Assembly: GCF_006345805.1 (NCBI RefSeq) | Contig: NC_042997.1 | Location: forward strand, 86,552,001 to 86,616,000 | Length of the DNA stretch: 64,000 nucleotides | Origin: Octopus sinensis | Lineage: Eukaryota | Reading direction: 5' to 3' | Part shown: piece by piece, positions 48,160 to 60,210 of the stretch | Position numbering within the stretch: position 1 is the first letter of the stretch | How the letters are laid out: each line of letters starts with the position of its first letter | Program-made: the position numbers and the translations under genes | The notes under the pieces: generated by a model | What the model saw: the letters and a program-made list of their open reading frames with translations, nothing else | What the model was told of the DNA's origin: nothing | Database searches by the model: none

Positions 48160-51100
48160 GACTTTTCATTTGTTATATTTACTTTACATGAAGTATTACA
48201 ATGTTATGTTCTTTGATTATCTCTCTTGAAAACACATTCATCATTTCCACTTAACCTATGGTGGTGTTGCTATTTCCAAAGTTTATTTTCGTTTCTCTAT
48301 TAGTAATTTTACTCGCGCATCTATCTTAAAATGAGCTGCTTGGCGGAGGTCTGCAGAGGATGACATGACAAGCCTTGACTATTGGGATCGACTCAAAAAT
48401 CTCAGGTTTTGCTCCCTCCACTGCCATTGTGAAACTAGCTTCCTGTTGTCATAGATGTATTATAACTGCTTCAGATGATTCCTGTTTTTAAAGAGCTTTT
48501 TTTAAAATCATATGGCTGTTATTTTTTTTAAACCCCGCCAAGGATGTTATGTTTTTGCTGGCATTGGTTTGGGAAATTGGGTGATTTTCAGCATGCATGT
48601 ATATGGGTGGAAATGAGCTGCTTGGTAGAAGTCTGTGCTCTCCAAGTGCTTTTCTAGTTTATTTTTAGAATGCCATTGTAGATTAGGTATGAGAGGCCAG
48701 ATATAGCCAGTTTGAACATAAAATGGGTAGAATATTTGGGCCAGATATGGATGCATTAAATGCTAAAGGGTTATCAGGATATCTTATCCTTTGTAATTAG
48801 ACTCTTTTGCAACAGAGTTTCAAATCTCAGAAACTATTTTACTTTGTATATATTGCTAATACATTATATTTTGTAAATTTAATATTACACTTTCAGTACA
48901 CTAGCATCATTTGTTCTAACTGACAGTCACAGGTTCATTGCATTTAAGACAGCAAACATAAAAATGGATGTCTTTGCAATTCCTGTAGAGCAAATACTCC
49001 AGTGCAGCTTCATATATGAAGTTTGCTTTCTTTGTCCATCTACCTGTGATCACACTACAACTCGTGTGTATCCATAGCTTATATTAGGTACTGTGCATGG
49101 AGTTTATACGTACTCCTTTTCTGCATATCAAGCAAGGTAATTTCCTTAAAGATTTTAGTATCGTATCTTCTTTCTTATTTATTAAAACCTTAGTATTTGC
49201 TAAATTTACTGTGAGGCCTCTCAAATCTAGTTTTAGCTGCCATGCTTGGAATTTCCTCTTTAATTCCTCTATAGATATTTAGCCATTAGAACTAGATCAT
49301 CAGCATAAAGGAGTTCTCATAGACAGTCAGTCTTAAACTTCTTAATGATGGCTGTAGGAATATGATGAAAAGGAGGGGACTAAGGATTCCTACCTTCATG
49401 CTAACCCTTTATCATTTAAACTTACCATATCTGGCCCAAATATTCTACCCATTTTATGTTCAGATTGTCCAGATCTGGCCTCTCCCATCTATCCTACAAT
49501 GGTATTCTAAAAATAAACAATCAATCATCAAAATCTTGGAACTACAAGATAATTCATGATGAAGTCAAAACAATATGAATAAATAATCATTACATTTGAC
49601 ATGCTAAAGAGTTAAATTTGTCACTGAAATCATTGCTGACTGTCACTTTACTTACTGCATCTTTGTATACAGCTTGTACAAATGGTCATCACAAGCCAGT
49701 AGCTTTGTTTTATATTTCAAATTATAATTTTTGAATCCTTTACAGAACCCAACCTTTAAATGGGATATGAACAGTAAAGTACTAGCATACTTAGATTAAA
49801 GCAACCTTTTCCCTAAACTAAGCTTCTAAGAAAAGCTCTCAAGTTTATAATTATATCCACTTGTTGATATCCAAATTGAGACTTGCTGCCAACCTGATCC
49901 ATAACTACATCCTCCAGCTTCCCATCTAACATATTCATGATTGATTTTTGCCTCCACCCATTTTCACCACTCATTGCAGCTACTTCTAACCATCTGCCAT
50001 ATTTGCTTTTCACATACCTATCAATTTACTTACCCATCCATACCACTTCTCTCTATTCACCTTCCTGTAATTTAAGGGTCTACTTTGAAACACCTTTACC
50101 ATCCTTCTAATCTTCCAACTGGGATAACCATGTATTTCTCCTACAGCAAGACACCTGCTCCTGTTCCCCCATCATACTTTAACACCTCATCACCTGGTAT
50201 AAAGCCACCTCTGTCAGTATTACTCTCCACCACCCTCAGTTGAGGGGTCTTGTCTTGACTTGTGAGTTTCGTGAGAACCTCGCTACTGTTGGTTCCAAAT
50301 AAAAAGCATTCAGTACATCCTGTAAAGTAGTTGGCATCCAACTGTAGAAATCATGCCAAAGCAGATATTGGAGCTTGGAGTAGTCCTCTGGCTTGCCAGC
50401 CCCAGCCAAACCATCCAACCCATGCCAGCATGGGAACCATATTAAATAATGATTAGAAGTCAAGGTTATTTGAATACATCAAAATTCAGTAAGAATACCA
50501 TCCACATACATACATCATCATCAACTTTAAGTCCACTTTTTCATGCTTTCATGAGTCAGAATGAATTTGCTGAGGTAGATTTTTTACAGCTGGTACCCTT
50601 TCCTGTTGCCAATCCTTACCTGGTTCTAAGGATGGTAGTACTTCACTATGGTCAGGCACATTTCCATTAAAAAAATTGGAAACAAATACTGCTTGTATGA
50701 TAGTGTCACTTGTTTACAACTCACATGATATATGAAGACATGCATGTACATACTCATGTACACACACGCATGCATGCATGTGCACACGTGCACACACATA
50801 CACACACACACATACACACACACACATACACACACACACACACACACACTAAAAAATAAATAAACTCTATAACAGAAAGTTACAGGTACATGGTCTGCTA
50901 CAATCAATTTTGGTCAGTGAGATAGAGGTGGGACAGTGTATAAAACATTAAATAAATTGAAATTTTGAAATATTATATTTCTGCAGAATTCTAATTTCCT
51001 ATGTTTAAAACATATTATTCAGAAAGAAAAAAAATAATTGGAAATAGTTAAAAATGAATAAGTTACGAACAGGAGAGGATAAAAATTATAATTTTTGAAA

Positions 51101-51455
51101 AATAATTTGAGTTGTAACATGTTATGATTAAAACAAAGAAATCCAAAGAAATTTTTAACCAATTGTCTTTCTGGGAAACTTTTCTCAAGGACTTCAACAC
51201 TATTATTTTAAAATAATTTTGTTTTATTTTTTAGGTCTGAGACTTGTTTTAATAATTATTATCATCCTTTATGAAGCCCAACCTATAAAGTACTCATCTT
51301 TAAACTTATTTCACTCTTAAATATAAATAGTGAATTAAGTGCTATTGTACTTAGAGAATCATTTAATAAAGTGCAAACATCTTAGTCCGGTTTAGATTTA
51401 TTTGATAGTTCATGTTGGAGCTTGTTCTTTGGTTAATATTGTTTTTGTTAACATA

Positions 51456-51671
51456 TGAGGGTGTGCAAAAAAGTTCCTGGCTTTAGGTAAAAGAAACTAC
51501 AGAAGGATCAGTTAATTATGATTTTATTCAGCACATTCCCCTCTTAGATTTACACACTTATTGCAGCAGTCCTTAGGTTCTTTTAAGCCCTGTAAAAGAA
51601 CTCAGAAGGTTGGGCCTCCGATTAGACCTTTCCTGTTACCCTTAAAGCCAGAACTTTTCAACATCCTCTTG
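51456..51671. mobile_element. mariner-type MITE
   Basis: TA|TGAGGGTGTGCAAAAAAGTTCCTGGCTTTA ... TAAAGCCAGAACTTTTCAACATCCTCTTG|TA imperfect TIRs. Confidence 0.7.
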
Positions 51672-53069
51672 TATGTGCAGTGTCTTCTATTAAAAGATAC
51701 ATGATCAAGAAGTGTTTCATAATACAATATTTAAACAAAGGTATTTGATAATGGAACAAAATCGATGTGAGCTATATTACATAATGCCATTTATACAATA
51801 GCAGAGTAATAGACCAGTGGCATAGTATGAGGTTTTCCAACCCTCTTGCTTAAACCCATAGCACTTAAACATTTTTCCAGTCTTGTGTTTAAACACCTAG
51901 ATCTGGCCTCTCACCTTACAATGTCATTCTAAAAATAAACAATCACATCATTAAAATCTTGAAGCTACAAGATAACAAAACAATGTGAATAAATAAGCGA
52001 TTTCAAATTTTGGCACACGGCAAACAATTTTGGAGGAGGATATAAGTCAATTACGTAGACTCCTGCACTCAACTGGTACTTATTTTATCGACCTTGAAAG
52101 GATGAAATGCAAAGTTGACTTTGGTGGAATTTGAACACAGAATGTAAGGACAGACAAAATGCTGCTAAGTGTTTCACTTGACATGCTAATGATTCTGCCA
52201 GCTCACTGCCTTAATCTTTTAGCTTTCAGACTATTCTGTCAAATGTAATGCTTATTTATTCACATTGCCTTGAATTTATCATGCATTATCTTTTAGTTTT
52301 GAGATTTCAATGATGTTATCATGTAGATTTTAGAACGGCATTGTAGTATAGGTCTGAGGGGCTGAACCCAGTCAATTTGAATGTAAAACAGGCAGAATAT
52401 TTTGGGCTGGATAAGGCTGGTTTAAATGCTAAAGGGCTAAATAAACATTATATTTGATAAAGTAATCTGAATACTAAAGAGTTAAATGTCAGCATAATTT
52501 TAACTACACCAAATACATGTATGTAAAGTGGTTGCCTTGTGTGAGCCATTGACCCACCCCCATGCTATGTCACTGTAGTGGCCATGTCTCAGTCACCTTG
52601 TGTATAATTTTATTTTCAAAAATTTCTTCAGATTCTTATGCTTTCAACAACAGAGATTACAATTTTTTCTAAAAGAACAGCTTTCCAAAACTTTAATTTC
52701 TCATCCATCACTAAATTTTTTGTTTATGATTTTTTAATTTAATTTTTTTTTTCACATTAAATACAAATTACAATTCTAAAAAAAAGATTTTTTTCAAAAT
52801 ATCATTTTTTTTCTTTAGAAAAAGAAATACCCACTTCCACAATCCCCCTTCTGAATATCCAGACCTACTTGACATCAACCATCCTGTAGTTTTTAATCCC
52901 AATTGTTTGTACCTGAAATCCAAAGAAATTTTTACCACATTACTATTGTTTTTAAATTCATGTTTTTAAATTCATTGATTCGATAGGAAAAAGTTTGGAA
53001 AAAAAAATATTTTGTGTTGGTATTGAAATAAAAATGACATTTCAGTTTGTGTTTAAAAGAAAAGGAGGG

Positions 53070-53812
53070 GAAGACTTGTGAGGGTGATCATTATCATGAG
53101 GGCAGTGGAGGGGGGGGACTTCCAAAATGATGGATTTCCATGGATTTCTAAAACATTTTTTCTTCAAATTCATGCTTTTCCCAAATTCATTTTTTCTGTT
53201 GCTGACACAGTTTTGCATTTTTATAAAATTTTGTTCCAGTTGTTTTCAAATTTTGTGTCCTGATTTTGTTTTGTATGCTAATTATGAAAATGAAATTCAT
53301 TTTTGCCATAAATTAATAAATAAAAACTTGATTGCTTTTAAAGTTTGCAGATTTTGGGTAATTTTAGCGAAACAAAAGCCACAGACACATTGGTGCTTCT
53401 TTCTATAGTAACGAGTAGAGCCTATTTTCTGGACCATTGTACTTCATTTTTGAGAAATGGATAATTTTGGTTGCTGTCCTTTCACTACTTCATTTTCATG
53501 ATTTTGAATTGTGTGTTCTCCCGGACCTTTTTAACATAAGTACAAGTATGACTGTAGCCAACTCATTTAACCTTTTGAGTATGATGGAAACCATGAAGAA
53601 TGCAGTTTCTTACTTGCAAGAGAAGGGTGTTATTCTTAAAAGGAAATTGTGTAGAGACCCACTGCCACATGTATGTTCTTTTAGCCTATGCAATTTCTTT
53701 GACAAGTCAAGCCCTAACTCTAACCCTAACCCATAATCCTAACCCTAAATCTTAACCTTAATCCTAACCCTAGCCCTAATCCAAACCCTAATCATAAACC
53801 TTAATCCTAACA
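53070..53812 (+). mobile_element. Merlin (ISXO2/IS1595-like) transposon 5' fragment with degenerate (CCCTAA)n
   Basis: GGAAGACTT end motif shared with the MITE at 56808; MMETMKNAVSYLQEKGVILKRKLC resembles ISXO2-type transposase N-termini; telomere-like tract 53714-53812. Confidence 0.45.
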
Positions 53813-56807
53813 TACAGTTTGCTTTTCTTATAATTTTTCTCTAAAAAATTTAATTGAGGATTTTTCTCCTTTTAAATTATTTACATATCTGATTGTCACA
53901 CGACTTTATTCATTAAAACTTTAAAATTTCTTACAACTTTTGTTGTCATAATGTTTTATTTTCATTTTGTTTAAAAATTCATCATCGTAATGTGTTTTGC
54001 TTTCATTTTGTGACAGACAGCTATCTAGCAGAAACTGCCAGCTTCCAAATCCTGTTTTTTGATTGGGTAAAATTATCAACCACTGTAACATTTAAAAAAT
54101 GTTTTTTTCCAAAAACAAATGCATAACAAAATAGGATTCAGTATGAAAACTTACAGCCAATATGCCAAATTTGAAACTGTTCATTTAATTCTAAAATTTC
54201 AAACTGACAGCCATGCGTATTTTTTTGTTGTTTTTCTCTCTAGTTTCAGCTCAGAGCTGCGGCCATGCTGATACACCAACTTCTTGAATTTGGATTTCAG
54301 AAATTATTTTGAAATTATAAACATTAACAGATGTATTCCCCGCTACTCCCTTAATTCCAAAACTTTCCACTGTTTTACGATTTTTTTTTTAATTGTTGGG
54401 CTTCGCAATGGAATTAATATCATTTATCCAATAAAAGAATTTTAAAAAATGTTTTACCCCACATTCCAATTCCAAAACTTTCCATTATCGAGTCTTGCAT
54501 ATTTGTGTAAGAGAAAAACATTTACTAACAGAAAATTATGTTATTAAAATAAATTATCTCTAAAATACCTTTAAATTATTACCACTTCCAGTGTTTATGG
54601 CTTTTGATGAGAAACAAGTTGCATGTGACCCTTCTTTCTCATTTTCAGTGAAACCCTTCTTTGCCGGGAAAATTGGAAGAATGACATAATACGCACTCTC
54701 TCTTTATTTCTAGCGAAACAGACCCTTGTTTTTTTAGAAATGAAGAGTGACCCCTAGCGAGAAGATCACAATTAAATTGAAATTTGGATTGTATACTTCA
54801 TGGGCAAGTTTTAATACTTTATCCGCAATAATGTATAGGTATGCCACAGATAGTTTATTTTCATAATATAATTCTCTGTTAGTAAATGTTTTTCTCACAA
54901 AAATTTAAAGATATGTTAGAAATAATTTATTTTAACAACATAATTTTCTGCTAGTAAATGATTTTCTCTTATACTAACATGCAAAAATTTGGATTTCGAA
55001 GTATTTAAAAAATTATTTGGAAAGAGAAATGAATGGCAGAATCAGACTGTCTATAATTTAAAACCCAAAAAAAAAAAGAAAAAAAAATTAAAAAACTGTG
55101 GAAAGTTTTAGAATTAAGGGGGTGGGGGAGTATTTAAAAAATTTATTGGATAATTTGTGGCTCCCACCTTTTTTTTCCGACATTTATTTGGATTTATATG
55201 TTTTTGAGATTAGGAGATTTGGATTTTGCCCCAAAAACATATTTTCAAAATTTTAATTTCCCTCTCCCCTCTCCAATTTTTTAAAGTTTTAACTTTTTTC
55301 AAAATTTTTTCTTTTTTGTAATCCATGTTCAAATACACTGAGATTACAAATCTTTAAGAATTAAAAAAAAAATTTTTTCTTAAAGAAGCACTCAAATCTT
55401 CACCCTCAATTTCCACCGCTCATCACCTCCCCACTTTCAAAAAGCTAAAAACTCTGAATATTTCACTTTTAGCTTTTTAGAAAGTAGGGAAGTTTTTTCC
55501 AGGAATTATGTCATTTAGTTGTTTGTTTCTGGCATGTCAGGCTTTCTGATATTTTTGATGTCTGCTATTTCAGTAGAATTCTACGCATGCGTGAAACATT
55601 AGACAGAAGTGAAACATTCTGGGTTTTTAGTTTTTTTGAAAGTGGAGAGGTGATGGGTGGGTGAGATGTGCCAATAAATTTATAAAATTAAATGAAAAAA
55701 ACACATCTTTCGACAGGATTTTTTAGCGAATTTTCCGGAACAAAGTAATTAAAGCATTAGATAATGAAAGTGATACGATTTGTCTTAAGTTTTATTATTC
55801 GTAAAAGATTGGGTTTATGTGGATGAGAAAGAATGAGAGAGAAAGGGAGAGTGTGTTTGTGTGTACCTGTATATATGTATATATGGAAAAATAGAATGAG
55901 CAAGTTTTAAAAACTTTCCTGGTAGCGTGTTTTTGTGCGTGCACAAGTAAGTGTGTATGTATGGGTGAGTATGCTCACAAGAAAATAATACATGATTGAT
56001 ATAACAAAAAAATGATATTTCAACAAAATGAGGCCCTGAATAAACAAAGGCACACAATTACACACATATGGAATCACAAGTGACATGTTCTTCCACTACA
56101 CGCATGCAAGTTATCCACATGCATGGCACATAGGTACAGCACACCCACACTTCTGCATATGCCAGCCTATTCACCAATAAAAAAGCCTGAGAGCTGTCTT
56201 GGCTTAAACAAAAAGAGTCTTGTCACTTAAGGGAAAAAGAAAAAGCTATCAAAGAAACTTATATATCCATATAGACACACAACAATCTATCTTATCTTAA
56301 TTGATGTCGCTAGGGTGTGTATGATTTGATGAAAATTCAACTATTTATATCTGAAGCGGACCTCATTGGCATCAAGCAAACTTTATTGTTGTCTTCATAT
56401 TTCAGTCATAGGTGGACAAAACTATAATAAAAAGCTTTCCAGATGTTACGATACTGTTATTTGTATATGAGGAAGTATATTATTTAGTATAGGCATTCTT
56501 TAAGGCAGTAATGTCTATTTCATGAGAATTTTTTGTTACTATTTTTCAGCAGGTTGCGTGACTAGTTGCTAGTTATGTTCTGAACAAAATTATCAATGAC
56601 GATTTCTCTCACTCTTTCCTTATATTCCTTCACCTACTTTCTCCTTTCTTCTCTTCCATTTTTTTTTTAAGATTTCCTTTAGGTAGCTAAATTTACAAGT
56701 TACTTTCTTCCATGAAGTGGTCGCATTTAGCGAATGGTGAGTTTCGACAGGAGTAACTAATGCTAAGCAGTAAGCTGGCAGAATAATTAGCATGCCGGAC
56801 AAACTGT

Positions 56808-57355
56808 GGCAAGACTTCCGCCCGTCCCCCCACCAAAACCACTCTTTAAAAAAATTTTTTTGTTTTTGACACAAACATACCTTTTCGGCTACTGGGAATA
56901 CGAATCTGCCAAAAAATTGGATAAAATTGGCATTTTTAAATTACCACCCCTACCCCTTTCTTTCATTTTTTACTTTTTTCAGAATTTTTTTTTTTAAATA
57001 TGCAGAAAAATATGAAAATTATGATTCTGAAAAAAACTTTCCAAAAAAGTTTGTAAAATTTTTTTTAAGAATTTTTTTCTTCAAAATATGCAGAAAAATA
57101 TGGACATTACGATTCGGACAAAAATTTCAAAACATTTCTGTATTTACAGTTAGTGTTAGGGTTATGGTTTTAGGGTTAGTGTTGGGAAAAAAAGTAAAAA
57201 TTGAAGAATTTGGGGGGAGGGGGGAATTTAACAATGCCAATTTTTGGTAAATTTCTGGCACCTCTGTATCCGAAAACGGGGTTTTTGGGAAAAAAATTTT
57301 TTTAAATAAACAAATTTGGGAGAAAATGGTGGCGGGTATGGGTGGAAGTCTTTCC
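56808..57355. mobile_element. Merlin-like MITE inserted in a family-A SINE
   Basis: GGCAAGACTTCC...GGAAGTCTTTCC TIRs, 8-bp TSD CAAACTGT/CAAAATGT, long diverged subterminal inverted repeats, TTAGGG-like internal tract; the SINE reads through across the insertion. Related copy at about 30805-31118. Confidence 0.75.
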
Positions 57356-57980
57356 CAAAATGTTTAGTAACATTTTGTCTGTCTTCAAGTTCTGAGTTCA
57401 AATTCCGCTGAGGTGATTTTAGTTTTTTGTCCTTTTAAAGTCAATGAAATAAGTATCAGTTGAGCACTGGGGTCGATCCAATAGGCTATCTTCTCTCCCA
57501 AATTCCAGGCCTTGTGCCTATAGTAGAAAAGATTATTATTTAAGTAACAGAAAAATTGCCTTGGTATGTTCGATGGTAAAAGTATTAGATATTAAGATCT
57601 TTTTGCAAAATTTACAATACATCTGTCCTGTTATTTGCTTGAAATCTAGAACTTGTAAAAGAAAGGTGTAAAATTATATAAAACACAAACCCATTATTCG
57701 TTATTAGCAATAGAAGCAGTATTAGTTTAAAATAACAATTTATATCACATTTTAAAGCAGGTATATTATTGAAAGCCTGAAAGCTGCAGTTTTTGTCTCA
57801 AGAAACCTTCTCTTATTGACATTTAATGTTAAAAAAACCACCAAAATAAAAGCCTAAATATACCAGCAGACGACAATAAACGTCTGCCAACAGTGGTGAT
57901 GCTACATAGTGGGTAGGTGGGGCACAAGGAAGAGTATTACTGCATTTTTAAATTTGAGGCAAAATATATTTTTACAAATA

Positions 57981-58390
57981 GGCATAGGAATGGCTGTGTG
58001 GTAAGTAGCTTGCTTACCAACCACACGGTTCCGAGTTCAGTCCCACTGTGTGGCACCTTGGGCAAGTGTCTTCTACTATAGCCTCGGGCTGACCAAAGCC
58101 TTGTGAGTGGATTTGGTAGGCGGAAACTGAAAGAAGCCTATCGTATATATGTATATATATATATGTATGTGTGTGTATGTGTTTGTGTGTCTGTGTTTGT
58201 CCCCCCCCCCAACATCGCTTGACAACTGATGCTGGTATGTTTATGTCCCCATAACTTAGCGGTTCGGCAAAAGAGATCAATAGAATAAGTACTAGGCTTA
58301 CAAAGAATAAGTCCTGGGGTTGATTTGCTCGACTAAAGGTGGTGCTCCAGCATGGCCACAGTCAAATGACTGAAACAAGTAAAAGAGTAA
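57981..58390 (+). mobile_element. tRNA-derived SINE, family B (CORE-like), near full length
   Basis: GGCTGTGTGGTAAGTAGC A-box, GTTCAGTCCC B-box, CCTTGGGCAAGTG core-like motif, internal microsatellite, (AAGAGTA) tail. Other copies at about 1440-1700(-), 2300-2430, 20470-20870(-), 25530-25750(-), 35420-35560, 37430-37630(-), 37943-38345(-), 60930-61140, 61450-61900(-), 63240-63560(-). Confidence 0.8.
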
Positions 58391-59068
58391 ATGCTTACTA
58401 CCTTACATATATCAGCTAAACAAATGACCTGTTCTAAATGCATTAAAAACATTATAACATAATCTGAACACTATATCAGAATATTATCGTCATTCTCATT
58501 GAGCATATAAAAGACAAATTTGGTTGGAGCAAAATGAGTATGCCAAGACAGGGTAAATTTGGCTCTTTAATCCTCCGGAATAACATTTGAAAACAGGCTC
58601 ATACATATCAATATCCATCCTTAGACATCAGGAAGATCAGAAATGGAAAAAAAAAATTTAATATCTAAGTCAAATGAAAGAGACTCAGGGGAAAATAGCA
58701 CATAAATAAGAAATTAACGAAACTTGACTAGATAAAAAAAAAAACTGAACATAAAATTTTCTCTGTAACTTCTTCATGATCTGCTGGAGTGTATCTCCTT
58801 GTGATATGTTAACATGTAGTTAAAAAGAACAGATAATTGAAGTTAGTCATTACTCATTTTACCCCATTTTAGACATTTTTTTTGAACTTGAAAATTATCA
58901 AATAAGATATTAGTGTGGGAAAAATTGACTTGGAATCCAACAGAGAAAAGAATATTGATGGAGAAACACTAAAAATTATCCAGCCTCAATTACAATTGGG
59001 GCATAAAATTAGCAGCTTCAATTACAATTGGGATAAAGTTACAGAAAAAATTCTTGAAAATAAAAGTA

Positions 59069-59225
59069 CTGATGATACAGCATTGGTAGCGGATTTGGAA
59101 GAGCAACTGAGGAGACTGGTGGTAGAGTTTGGAAGATTGTGTGAGAAGAGGAAACTGAAAGTGATGAGATGTTCGAGAGATGGAATGGCTGGTAGGATGG
59201 ATGTGAGTATAAATGGTAAGATGTT
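59069..59225 (+). repeat. 157-bp direct duplicate of 60004-60160
   Basis: Identical apart from one C/T difference; copy of the FADD-to-thumb segment of the RT fragment. Confidence 0.92.
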
Positions 59226-59659
59226 TCAGACTCTCTCAATTCAACAACAACAACAACAACAACTATGCTAACCAATTTTTACTTGTAAATATGATGTAGC
59301 AATACAAAATGATGATACAATACATGCAATGTAATCATTTTAAACAGTTAAGAAGAAAGTAATGAGAAACCATTACTCTCTTCTCATTTTACCCCAGTTA
59401 CTAATTTTGCCCCTCCCCCTCCGACTTACTTATTTCTGCCAATGATGATGTCAGGTGTTTATTTATAGTTTATTGTGAAGAGATCATACACAAGGCAATC
59501 TTGCAATCGAAATGACCCGCAAACAGACTTAAAGCTCTGAATGTATCACATTTGGTCAGGTCAACAACAATAGTCGACGAAACAAAAGTTAGTTAGTTAG
59601 TTAGTAAGGTGAAAGTGTGCCTATGTACTGACTCGACCTGCTAGAAATAGCAACCAACT

Positions 59660-60210
59660 CTCCTGAAAGGGAGGGAGGTGTATTGGACCTTTATGGACTA
59701 GAGAAGTCATATGACCATGTAGATAGGGATGCAATGTGGTAGATGTTGCGGTTGTATGGAGTAGATGGTAGATTGTTGAGAGCTGTACAGAGTTTTTATA
59801 GAGAAAGTAGGGTGTGCGTTAGGGTGGGTGGTGAAATAAGTGAGTGGTTTGATGTGAAGGTGGGGTTAAGACAGGGTTGTGTGATATACCTGTGAATGTT
59901 TAATTTATATATGAATGGTGTGGTGAGACAGGTAAATACTAGAGCCTTTGGTAGGAGAGCCCAAATGGTGGGAGAAAATGGCACATGAGTTAGTCGTTGT
60001 TTGCTGATGATACAGCATTGGTAGTGGATTTGGAAGAGCAACTGAGGAGACTGGTGGTAGAGTTTGGAAGATTGTGTGAGAAGAGGAAACTGAAAGTGAT
60101 GAGATGTTCGAGAGATGGAATGGCTGGTAGGATGGATGTGAGTATAAATGGTAAGATGTTAGAGGAGGTGAGTATTTTTAAGTTTCTGGGATCACATGTG
60201 ACAGTGTGAA
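59660..60210 (+). mobile_element. RTE-like RT fragment of a second family, decayed
   Basis: LEKSYDHVDRDAMW, YGVDGRLLRAVQSFY, VKVGLRQGCV, LFADDTALV, FKFLGS. Confidence 0.85.

Larger units (their letters stand above)
43129..48658 (+). mobile_element. Helentron/HINE-like non-autonomous element(s), interrupted by the Gypsy element
   Basis: Subterminal inverted repeat ACCTTTGCCAAG (43129) / CTTGGCGGAGGT (48339-48350); second short unit ACCCCGCCAAGG (48532)...CTTGGTAGAAGTCTGTGCTCTCCAAGTGCTTTTCTAGTT (48658); inserted at TT. The class assignment is from architecture only. Confidence 0.55.

Noticed and set aside
43195-48229. Plus-strand ORFs (e.g. 43980..44522, 45938..46444) and LTR ORFs
   Set aside because: Antisense or alternate frames of Gypsy pol and duplicated LTR sequence.
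53714-53812. True telomere or chromosome fusion site
   Set aside because: Short, degenerate and embedded in a dispersed repeat family.
56401-56465. Plus-strand exon-like segment VIGGQNYNKKLSRCYD (kelch-like); similar candidates near 51700, 58490 and 61340
   Set aside because: Short, weak splice sites, and no consistent multi-exon frame or recognisable protein could be assembled.
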